This document shows, piece after piece, positions 17,746-25,782 of a stretch of DNA of 64,000 nucleotides (its first letter is position 1; each line of letters starts with the position of its first letter). Under the pieces are notes generated by a model that did not search any database, was not told where the DNA came from, and saw nothing but the letters and a program-made list of their open reading frames with translations. Made by a program: the position numbers and the translations under genes. This DNA comes from an uncultured Methanosarcinales archaeon (GTDB lineage: Archaea; Nanobdellota; Nanobdellia; Woesearchaeales; GW2011-AR4). Location: positions 2,544 through 66,543 of the forward strand of contig CAZPFO010000003.1 in the NCBI GenBank assembly GCA_964585935.1, given 5' to 3'.

Positions 17746-18402
17746 TTATTTTTTCTTGAATAAATCATTTTTCTCGATAATAACTTTATCCTTAAATAAG
17801 TTTATGTAAGATTCACAATCTCCCTTTTGCTTGGCAGTATTATACTTATAACCAAAGGCTCCGCATATAAAATCAGTCACTTGCAGTCCTGGATGCCCCG
17901 CTGAACTAACATGCACTACGTTAATCTTAGGCACTTTATTGAAAAGATACACGAATTCTGTCTCGATATATGCTCTAAAATTTTCCATTTGGTTTTTAGA
18001 CATGCATTTATCAAGGTAAATAGTTAAATTATTGGAGATATCAATTTCTTTAAGAGGTTTTTCAAGCAGAATCTTCAAAAGATAATTGTAAAGAATTGGC
18101 AAATTATCCCTTAATTCATTATTTGTATACTCTTTTTTTATTATCAATGAAAATACTTGCAGATCTAGATCTTTTAATCTTGATAGGTATCTTTCTCTGA
18201 TTAAAGGTGAAGAATTTGTAAATTTCAATTCAAATCCCTTTTTATATTTCTTTTTCAAGGTTCTTTGCCTGACTTTCTTTGGGATTCTTAAAAATGCTAC
18301 ATTATCTTTTTCATTATCAATCTTAGCGCAGGTTATTATAAAATAGTTGCTTCCCTTTTCAAAACCCAAATCACCACTCTCATCGATATATAAATAGCCC
18401 AT
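17746..18402 (-). CDS. DUF3800-like protein
   Basis: The N-terminus MGYLYIDESGDLG is the hallmark DUF3800 start motif. The gene starts 1 nt after the hsdR stop. Confidence 0.6.
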   Translation of the reverse strand: MGYLYIDESGDLGFEKGSNYFIITCAKIDNEKDNVAFLRIPKKVRQRTLKKKYKKGFELKFTNSSPLIRERYLSRLKDLDLQVFSLIIKKEYTNNELRDNLPILYNYLLKILLEKPLKEIDISNNLTIYLDKCMSKNQMENFRAYIETEFVYLFNKVPKINVVHVSSAGHPGLQVTDFICGAFGYKYNTAKQKGDCESYINLFKDKVIIEKNDLFKKK

Positions 18403-18403
18403 T

Positions 18404-21124
18404 TTATCTCATTCTTATTTCATTGCACTTCTCTACTATAACCTTTAATTCAGACTCTTCGAATTTATCTAAAGGCCTTTCATCAGAAAGCGGAGATTTT
18501 GCAAAATCAGCAAGTTCAATTTTCTTATGATTTGAGAAAAACTTCTTAAGAAGAAGTAAGAATTCAATTTGCTCATAATTGTATTTTGGATCCATTATGT
18601 GTTTATGAAACTCTCTTTCAATAATCTCTTGAGGGTCATATTCATGTGTTAATCCAATTATTTGATATATAAACACTAAAAAGTCCTTATTTAGCTGGTT
18701 TTGTATATTCTCAATAGAGTAAGCAGGATTTAAAGCTGTTAGTTGTTTTTCAAGGTGTACAATCTCTTTTGAGGTTATGCTTCCTCCGCTCTTTATTTTT
18801 TGTAATATAGGATTATTTTTAACAAATTCCTCAAATTTTGAATCATGTTGTATTTCATAATCTACCTCTTCTTCCCTTATAATCATATCAGGAGCATCAA
18901 CCCTTACCATCTTTTTAGGCAATGGTTCATAGTATTTCATCAAAGGAGCAATCTCTTTAATTAGAAATTCAACTTTCTCGAATGTAAGGTCATCCCAATA
19001 ACTTTCCTGTAACACTTTTAATATGTCCTTTTTCTTATTCTGGATTTCAGAAAGAGAATCTTTCAAAAGAATATTATTAAGCATCTCCCACACATAATTC
19101 TTAATTTTTTCAATTTTATGCTGCTCAGATTTTATTATATGTTTGAATAATTTTTCAGTTTGCAATATGAATGAAGTTATATTAGCATTATCTCCTTGAT
19201 TTAAAATCATTAATGGAGCGATATCTGAAAGAAGTCCTCTGACATATTTCTCCAGATCAAATGTTTTTCCAATTTTGGTTAATAAAGGTAGTTTATCCCT
19301 AATTACAAATGAATCTTTATCAAGACTTTTTATATCCCAAATAAGTTTATCCACTATAATCTTTTTCTGTTCATTACTTAGTTTTTCTTTTAATAGATTA
19401 ACACGATTTTCAAAAATAGATACCATAACATTCTTGCCAGAATCTTTATCTTTTGATTGTTTAATTTTATGAACCTTAATGTTTGAATGGCCCCCAATTA
19501 CAAAATCTAATACTAAAAAATCATTTTTCTCTCTATGCTGCAGCCATTCAGGATGCTTACAAGCATCCAAATTTCTAGTTCCCCTTCCCATCATTTGCCA
19601 AAATCTAATTGAAGAAAAAACAGGCCTTGCAAAAACTAGATTACAAACTTCAGGAATATCAACCCCCGTATCTAACATTCCAACACTTAAAGCAATCCTT
19701 GGCTCTGAATTTAGCTTAAATCTCCTTATCTCATCTTGAGCCCTATATTCATCAGAAGTTATAACTTGTACTTCCTTGCTTAGTTTAGGAAACAATTCTC
19801 CAAATATTTTTTTTATTGCTTTAGCGTGGTTTTTTCCAACACAGAAAAATATGGTTTTTGCTGGGAGATTTTCATCAGACCTGTAACATCTATTAACAAA
19901 TTCGGCGACAATAATCTCATTAATTCTTCTGTCAACAAACACTTTCTCATACTTAGAACCTTCAATTTCAAAACTTTCAGGATCAATTTCCTGCTTTCTT
20001 AACTGATCTTTTAGATCTTCACTCAATTTTTGACCCTTAATGCCTAACTCCAACCGTTCTGTTTCAATTATTTTACCCTTATACGGAACCAAGATCCCAT
20101 CATTAACTGCATCATCATAACTGTACTCAATAGTGGGTTCCCCCCTTTTACATCCAAATAAATCATAAGTGTTTTTGCTCTCATGTTGTCTAGGTGTTGC
20201 AGTTAATCCAACCTTTATTGCATCAAAATACATATTTACATAATTATTTTTATCATAAATTGATCTATGGGCTTCATCAAATATAATCAAGTCAAAAAAA
20301 CCCGGGCTGAATTTCTCAAACATAGTTTTTCCTTTCTTCCCCATCAATGTTTGAATTGTTGAAGTATAAAGCCTTGCAGTAGTTGAAAAACCCTTTATGT
20401 GTAATTCAACTGTAGGCTCTCCCCTAAAAAATTCCTTAAAACCATCTGAACTAGCCTGATTTGCTAAAATAATCCTATCAGCGATAAATAAAACATTCCT
20501 AACATAATTTGCTTTTTTTAATATATCAATCAAAGCCATGGCTAATCGTGTTTTTCCAGTTCCAGTAGCCATTTGAACTAATGCCTTCCCATAACCTTTT
20601 GAGAAATGCTCTGCAAGCTGTTTTACAAACAGGATATTTTTAGGCCTCTTATCTCCCATTATTCTTGGGTTGACTGGAATTTTTGAAGGATCTTTCTGAT
20701 TATTGTAAAGCTCCTTTCTTCTTTTCAAATCTTCTTGCGAAAAAACTCCACTAACTATTCTTTCAATTTCATCTTGATCTTTGTAAATCCATTTTATACC
20801 ATTTGTTAAAAACATAGGTAATCTATAATTGAGCTGTTTTTCAATATCTTTAACATAAGTTCTAGATTGAATAGTACCTGTATCCGGCTCTTTAGAAGGT
20901 TTTTTAACTTCAATTATCGCTAAAGGGGTAAAATCTTCTGCCAACAAAAGATAATCTATAAATCTATCTACTCCTTTTTCTATACTCGGGCCTTTTAAGA
21001 CATAATCTTTATTTTTAAAATTTGACTTAACAGAATTAACTTCTTCTTTTATATATTCTTTTAACCAACCAGCTTTCTTTAGTTGTTTATCAATCAGGTT
21101 TTTCCTTGTTGTTTGTTCATCCAT
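18404..21124 (-). CDS. hsdR: type I restriction enzyme R subunit (helicase-nuclease)
   Basis: N-terminal HsdR-type nuclease region, Walker A MATGTGKT, DEAH box IIFDEAHRS, motif VI QMMGRGTR, and a long C-terminal helical tail. Confidence 0.9.
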   Translation of the reverse strand: MDEQTTRKNLIDKQLKKAGWLKEYIKEEVNSVKSNFKNKDYVLKGPSIEKGVDRFIDYLLLAEDFTPLAIIEVKKPSKEPDTGTIQSRTYVKDIEKQLNYRLPMFLTNGIKWIYKDQDEIERIVSGVFSQEDLKRRKELYNNQKDPSKIPVNPRIMGDKRPKNILFVKQLAEHFSKGYGKALVQMATGTGKTRLAMALIDILKKANYVRNVLFIADRIILANQASSDGFKEFFRGEPTVELHIKGFSTTARLYTSTIQTLMGKKGKTMFEKFSPGFFDLIIFDEAHRSIYDKNNYVNMYFDAIKVGLTATPRQHESKNTYDLFGCKRGEPTIEYSYDDAVNDGILVPYKGKIIETERLELGIKGQKLSEDLKDQLRKQEIDPESFEIEGSKYEKVFVDRRINEIIVAEFVNRCYRSDENLPAKTIFFCVGKNHAKAIKKIFGELFPKLSKEVQVITSDEYRAQDEIRRFKLNSEPRIALSVGMLDTGVDIPEVCNLVFARPVFSSIRFWQMMGRGTRNLDACKHPEWLQHREKNDFLVLDFVIGGHSNIKVHKIKQSKDKDSGKNVMVSIFENRVNLLKEKLSNEQKKIIVDKLIWDIKSLDKDSFVIRDKLPLLTKIGKTFDLEKYVRGLLSDIAPLMILNQGDNANITSFILQTEKLFKHIIKSEQHKIEKIKNYVWEMLNNILLKDSLSEIQNKKKDILKVLQESYWDDLTFEKVEFLIKEIAPLMKYYEPLPKKMVRVDAPDMIIREEEVDYEIQHDSKFEEFVKNNPILQKIKSGGSITSKEIVHLEKQLTALNPAYSIENIQNQLNKDFLVFIYQIIGLTHEYDPQEIIEREFHKHIMDPKYNYEQIEFLLLLKKFFSNHKKIELADFAKSPLSDERPLDKFEESELKVIVEKCNEIRMR

Positions 21125-21344
21125 TTTTAAACTCTTTACCCTCTTGTCTCGATGATAAACATAATACTCTATTTAAACATTTCTCAATATAAAACCAGAA
21201 ATCACAGGGTGGAGGGCTACCACCAACCTTAAAGAGCCAGAATTAAATTCCCTCCCTTGTTTATCATAGAAAACAAATTATCATTGGAAAAAAACTAAGA
21301 ATTCTTTGGCTGAAAAGAATCCAAAACACTGATGAAAAGAAGGC

Positions 21345-22061
21345 TTATTTCTCAAGCACATCTACAAAATTAAATTCAGGAATACCCTCCCCAATAAGTT
21401 TATATCTTCTATGTTCTCTAAATGGTAAGTCTTTAATCAATGAATGATCTAATCTTTCTTGTTCAGCCCAATATAATCCCTCTTTTCCTTTTTCTGTCGT
21501 TTCATTCCCCCAAATCATTGTATAACAAATCACAATTCCACCTTCTTTTAGTACTCTTGCTTTGTTTTCTAAACCCATTCTAATTGCAGCATTACTTCGT
21601 TGTTTTAGTATTCCACCCCCATCCCAATAAGTTGGCACTAAAAAATCACTACTTGCAGTAATATCAAAAGATTGGTCTGGAAATTGAAGTGCCATTGCAT
21701 TCATAACTTGAACATCCAAACCACCCTTCTTACCTTCAATAATGTAATCATCATTAATATCAATTCTAATAACTTTAAATCCTAAAGTTTCAAGAATTTT
21801 TACGCTTAAACCATAACCACATGCAATGTTAAGAACCTCTCCAGTTTTCCCTTCTTTTTCTAATACGGGAATTAATGGAAAATGATTTATGAGTTGGTGA
21901 TATATTCTAAAATTTTGTTGTTCTTTCTCGGATAGAGTAGACACATCAACATTACCATCAATAATTTTCTTATATTCAAGTACACTTTCTGATTGCAATT
22001 TATTAGATATATCCCTGTGTCTATCTTCATCAATCCTTAACTCAACATCTACGCAATTCAT
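21345..22061 (-). CDS. class I SAM-dependent methyltransferase (orphan)
   Basis: Motif I LNIACGYGLS followed by the acidic IRIDIND. The substrate is not inferable. Confidence 0.6.
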   Translation of the reverse strand: MNCVDVELRIDEDRHRDISNKLQSESVLEYKKIIDGNVDVSTLSEKEQQNFRIYHQLINHFPLIPVLEKEGKTGEVLNIACGYGLSVKILETLGFKVIRIDINDDYIIEGKKGGLDVQVMNAMALQFPDQSFDITASSDFLVPTYWDGGGILKQRSNAAIRMGLENKARVLKEGGIVICYTMIWGNETTEKGKEGLYWAEQERLDHSLIKDLPFREHRRYKLIGEGIPEFNFVDVLEK

Positions 22062-22516
22062 AACAGAGACTAAGCATTATCGATTTATAACTTTAACTGA
22101 TTCAAACCATTATTAACCACCCCAAACATTGCCACGAAGGTGTCTTATCAAGGCACGAAGAAACCAAGGAAAGGTTTAAAAAACAGTTTTCATTATTTTA
22201 TATCTAATAGGTAATTCTTAAAAACCAAGAAGTATCTTCCCTCCCCTTTATTTTTCCAGGTCTTCCCCTTGCTACTTTGCCTCCTTACTGACAACAATAC
22301 TCTTTTGCTCATTTTTTAGTGATATAGAAATATATCTTTTTATATCAAAAGATATACATATATTTCAAGTTTTCGGTCTTTTCATAGTCGACAAATTCAT
22401 TTTGGATTCAAAAAAAGGAAAAAAAAGAATTTTAATCGAATTTCTGCTATTCCTCACTATCTAACCCCTCAGAATTCTATAACAAACCCACTCATTCCAC
22501 TTAAATTAGCTCTTTG

Positions 22517-22547
22517 TTCACTGGACATCCACCCATACTATTTAAAC
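22517..22547 (+). repeat. direct repeat B (TTCACTGGACATCC..)
   Basis: Degenerate third copy of the boundary repeat, in the same orientation as A and C. Confidence 0.7.
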
Positions 22548-22549
22548 CT

Positions 22550-22936
22550 CTAAACATTTCTAGCAGAAACAGCAACCGCACCAACAGAAGAGGTATTTAT
22601 ATGATTATTGGGTTCTTTTTTAAATTCCTTCTCAACCACTGATTCGATAACAGACCAAAAGTAATCTATAAATTTCTTTACTGGGGGATTGTTCACATTC
22701 AATTTGTACAGTTTAGCGTTTCCTATATCCCTTGTATGAACTACAATCTTTCTTTTTGTGAACTCTTTCCAGACTGTTTTTAAAGAAGCATAGCTAACTT
22801 TAGAATATCTTGCGATTTCTCTCATTGAATAATCAAGTTCGGAATGGACTATCAAAAAGTCCCATATCCTGTTTTTTACTGTATTTCCTTCGACTTTCAA
22901 AAATACTGATGCCATCATACCAAATAGTGGGCTCAT
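22550..22936 (-). CDS. winged-helix DNA-binding protein
   Basis: RIWDFLIVHSELDYSMREIARYSKVSYASLKTVWKEFTKRKIVVHTRDIGNAKLYKLN fits an HTH plus wing. The ORF-track start at 22939 is TTG. ATGs lie at 22936 and 22918, the latter about 26 nt from a TATA. Confidence 0.55.
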   Translation of the reverse strand: MSPLFGMMASVFLKVEGNTVKNRIWDFLIVHSELDYSMREIARYSKVSYASLKTVWKEFTKRKIVVHTRDIGNAKLYKLNVNNPPVKKFIDYFWSVIESVVEKEFKKEPNNHINTSSVGAVAVSARNV

Positions 22937-22992
22937 CAACTATTTAAATGTTTCTTTTTTATACCTTAAGGGCTAAAAAAATAGCCTTATCT

Positions 22993-23000
22993 TTATATAC
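22993..23000 (+). promoter_or_regulatory. TATA box for the 23022 gene (leaderless)
   Basis: TTTATATA centred about 25 nt upstream of the ATG at 23022. Confidence 0.45.
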
Positions 23001-23021
23001 TAATACTATTTACACATTACA

Positions 23022-23345
23022 ATGAAAGTAAAAAAGAGCGAGTATATCAAGATAAGCAGAACAATGGTCAAAAAACTTTTTGATGAAACATGTTTCGGCA
23101 AGGGCTCTATGTACTTGGATAATCTAGCAAAAGGTTTGAGTAATAGGGAGTTTTCAAGTTTGAATATAACAAAAGATAAAGTAAAAATTGTGCTTGATGC
23201 TTTGGTAAAGCAAAAAATAGTTGGTAAGAAGAAAAAAGAGCATGGCTGGAAGTACTATCTTAACATGGAACGTTATGATAAAATAAAAGAGATTATCAAA
23301 GAAACAGGAAAAAAATCTATTATTCCAATATTATTGATGTTATAA
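23022..23345 (+). CDS. small hypothetical protein, possibly winged-helix
   Basis: 107 aa. VLDALVKQKIVGKKKKEHGWKYYLN resembles a recognition helix plus wing. Confidence 0.35.
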   Translation: MKVKKSEYIKISRTMVKKLFDETCFGKGSMYLDNLAKGLSNREFSSLNITKDKVKIVLDALVKQKIVGKKKKEHGWKYYLNMERYDKIKEIIKETGKKSIIPILLML

Positions 23346-23347
23346 TC

Positions 23348-23476
23348 ATGACCTGCAAATTAGGACATTTATCTTTACTAAAAGACTGCCCTAGATGTTT
23401 CTGGCTGCATTTTAACAAGAAAATCAAAAGGCCAGCAGGGATATCCTCTTCCTTTCCACTGGACATCCCCCCGTAA
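23348..23476 (+). pseudogene. 5' fragment of a Cas4/RecB-like nuclease gene (paralogue of 11313..11984)
   Basis: Encodes MTCKLGHLSLLKDCPRCFWLHFNKKIKRPAGISSSFPLDIPP*. Its 62-bp core is identical to the inverted 5' end of the intact gene. It terminates inside direct repeat C. Confidence 0.7.
23378..23439. repeat. right copy of the perfect 62-bp inverted repeat
   Basis: See 11887..11948. Confidence 0.9.
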
Positions 23477-23486
23477 ACTATATAAA
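23454..23486 (+). repeat. direct repeat C, right island boundary; contains the TATA of the next gene
   Basis: TTCCACTGGACATCCCCCCGTAAACTATATAAA. The TATATAAA at 23479..23486 is centred about 25 nt upstream of the ATG at 23508. Confidence 0.85.
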
Positions 23487-23507
23487 CAACTAATCTATCC
23501 TTTTTTC

Positions 23508-24335
23508 ATGAACATTTCTGTTTCATTGCTTTCAGCTTACCAATACTGCCCAAGAAAGATATTCTTAGAGCGTGTCTTGAAACTTTACGAGCCTCCAAAA
23601 GAAGCATTACTTCTGGGAACAATAAGGCATGAAATATATGAATTAATCAACAACAAGGAAGAAGAAATTGTCACAAATATCCAAGAAAAAACATCTAATG
23701 AAGAATTAGAGACCACATACAAAAACATATATTCAAAAATTCTAAGGAACGTTATTATCAAGCACAAGGAAAACCTGAAACAGTTTGAAGTAAACATAAA
23801 CGAACTTTTCAAAAGAATTCAACCATTGATACAAAACGAAGCAAAAAACAGGTCAAATAACATATCAATCTTCATAAATAAACACAATATCTTCGGCAAA
23901 GAACTATGGGAAAAGCTAACCCCTAAGATACAGTCAGAAATAAAGATAAGATCAGCAACCCTAAACCTGACAGGAATAATTGACCAGCTGGAAATCTACG
24001 AAGATAGCTTTACCCCAATCGAATTAAAGACAGGAAAAGCCCCAAAAGAAGGAGCATGGCCCGGCCATAAGATACAGATTGCAGCATATGCTATGTTATT
24101 AGAAGAAAAGCACAACACCAAAATAAAAGAAGGCTTCATACACTATCTTGATATAAATGAACGTAGACATATCCCGATAAACATCTTCCTAAAAGAAGAG
24201 ATAATTCAATTAATAGAAAAAGTAAAAACCTTGCTGCAAAGCAAAACCATACCAGACTTCTGCAATAATAAAAACAAATGCAATGTATGCGGCCTAAGAA
24301 CCAGCTGTTACGATAAAAAACTAAAAGTTCCTTAA
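23508..24335 (+). CDS. cas4: Cas4-family PD-(D/E)XK exonuclease with 4-Cys cluster (stand-alone)
   Basis: N-terminal YQYCPRKIFLE, core IIDQLE..IELKTGK, and C-terminal CNVCGLRTSC (C-x2-C-x5-C). No CRISPR array or other cas genes in the window. Confidence 0.7.
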   Translation: MNISVSLLSAYQYCPRKIFLERVLKLYEPPKEALLLGTIRHEIYELINNKEEEIVTNIQEKTSNEELETTYKNIYSKILRNVIIKHKENLKQFEVNINELFKRIQPLIQNEAKNRSNNISIFINKHNIFGKELWEKLTPKIQSEIKIRSATLNLTGIIDQLEIYEDSFTPIELKTGKAPKEGAWPGHKIQIAAYAMLLEEKHNTKIKEGFIHYLDINERRHIPINIFLKEEIIQLIEKVKTLLQSKTIPDFCNNKNKCNVCGLRTSCYDKKLKVP

Positions 24336-24986
24336 AACAACGCGAATAAAATCAACAACAATAGAAAAAGGATTGATATACGAGGATTCTGCGCCATAAA
24401 TTGTTTCTATTGGCACATATCTGACTTTAAAGCCTGCTCTTGAAGCCTTGATCAAAAACTCTGTTTCAGCCATATAACCTGATTCATCAACCTTAACCTT
24501 CCTCAGCACATCAGTTTTTATAAATCTATAACCTGATTGAGAGTCAAGAATTCTTTGTCTGCATATCAAAGACAAAACAAATGATGAAAACTTGTTTGCA
24601 ATTATCCTTGATAAGGGCATATGCTCCAGATTCCACATCCTGTTTCCTATGATTATATCCGCATCACTTACTAAAAATTTGGGTATCTCTGAAGGATTAT
24701 GCTGGCCATCTGCATCAATCGTGATAACAGCATCAAAATTATTTTTGACAGCATATCCAAATCCTGCCTTTAGCGCAACCCCCTTGCCCATATTCCTTTC
24801 CATCCTAATAACATCAACACCTTCTCTCTTGATAACTCCATTGTTATCAGTGCTGCCGTCATCAACAACAAGAACATCCTTATTATGTTTTTTTACTTTT
24901 TCAATTACCTCTCCTATATGTTTTCCATCATTATAGCAGGGTATAACAGCTAATACGCTCATATTAAAAGAGAAGTAGTTACGCAT
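24321..24986 (-). CDS. family 2 glycosyltransferase (Dpm1/DPG-synthase-like)
   Basis: VIPCYNDG..VVDDGSTD..DADGQH motifs. Alternative ATG at 24962. Confidence 0.8.
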   Translation of the reverse strand: MRNYFSFNMSVLAVIPCYNDGKHIGEVIEKVKKHNKDVLVVDDGSTDNNGVIKREGVDVIRMERNMGKGVALKAGFGYAVKNNFDAVITIDADGQHNPSEIPKFLVSDADIIIGNRMWNLEHMPLSRIIANKFSSFVLSLICRQRILDSQSGYRFIKTDVLRKVKVDESGYMAETEFLIKASRAGFKVRYVPIETIYGAESSYINPFSIVVDFIRVVLRNF

Positions 24987-25623
24987 ATAAATACTTTTTT
25001 CCTGAAAGCCCTGATATTTCCTTCATGACCTTATTGGTCAGCTCAACCAGTATCTTCTTTGACAGTTTTTTGCTGTAGAACTTCTTAAAATATATCGGCT
25101 TTCCGACCTTGACAGCTATGACTCTCTTGAACTTAGGCATTAATCTGTCTCCAGCAGCAACCTCAATAGACCCTTTTATCCCGATTGGCAGAATTGGAAC
25201 TTTTGCAGCCAGAGCAAGCCTCACAGCCCCTGTTTTCCCGCTCGTAAGACGCCCATCCAAAGCTCTGGGCCCTCCCGGAAACAACCCGGCAATATTCCCC
25301 CCCCGAAGCAAATTTTCAATATTTTTTAATGCCTTTCTCTTCCCGTCATCCAGAGGGACAATACCAGCCCACTCTCTGAAGAACCTGTTAAAAATCCCAA
25401 TCTTCCAGAGAAATTTTGTTCTGCCGGTCATGGCAATGAAATGTATCTTCTTGTTCGTTCTTTTTATCAAGGAATAGAGTATTATAAAAGGATCAAGGTA
25501 GCTTTCATGGTTGGCAACAATAATAAAAGCGCCTTTCAGGGGCGCATTCTCAACACCCCTTACATCTTTAATTAAAGGCTTCAATAATACCCATAATACC
25601 CATCTGAAAACCGGAAATGTCAT
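24979..25623 (-). CDS. PlsC-like lysophospholipid/1-acylglycerol-3-phosphate acyltransferase
   Basis: HX4D motif ANHESYLDP plus the FPGGPR (block III-like) motif. Confidence 0.7.
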   Translation of the reverse strand: MTFPVFRWVLWVLLKPLIKDVRGVENAPLKGAFIIVANHESYLDPFIILYSLIKRTNKKIHFIAMTGRTKFLWKIGIFNRFFREWAGIVPLDDGKRKALKNIENLLRGGNIAGLFPGGPRALDGRLTSGKTGAVRLALAAKVPILPIGIKGSIEVAAGDRLMPKFKRVIAVKVGKPIYFKKFYSKKLSKKILVELTNKVMKEISGLSGKKYLYA

Positions 25624-25782
25624 ATTTCCTCCCTTAATACACCTAATTACATTGATTATTTAAAAGTTTTTGTCATTTCTTCCCCCTTTAAGACAAAATA
25701 AAATTCGATAAGTTTAAATATAACTTAAATAATTCAGTAGTATAATTAGTATAGTGGGGTTTATAACTTAACAGGAGATAAT

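Larger units (their letters stand above)
12028..23486. mobile_element. putative integrated accessory/defence island (no integrase recognised)
   Basis: Bounded by direct repeats A and C. The cargo is TA, RadC, type I R-M with extra genes, an orphan MTase and small wHTH proteins. A gene-fragment copy sits at the right end. Confidence 0.5.

Noticed and set aside
21155-21269. 10-bp inverted repeat ATGATAAACA...TGTTTATCAT enclosing a GC-rich hairpin (GGTGG-N7-CCACC) between the orphan MTase and hsdR; MITE-like.
   Set aside because: The arms are short, AT-rich and likely to occur by chance. No second copy is in the window. The structure is most simply a terminator for the MTase gene and a promoter region for hsdR.
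12028-23486. Looked for an integrase, transposase or Cas1 to explain the island and the pheT and rfcS end duplications.
   Set aside because: No ORF shows tyrosine-recombinase (R..HxxR..Y), serine-recombinase, DDE or Cas1 motifs. The mobile-element interpretation therefore rests only on repeat structure, and I keep its confidence moderate.
11313-24335. Searched for a CRISPR array or other cas genes near the two Cas4-like genes.
   Set aside because: I found no regularly spaced direct repeats of 24-40 nt anywhere in the window, and no cas1, cas2 or effector genes. The Cas4-like genes are therefore treated as stand-alone nucleases.
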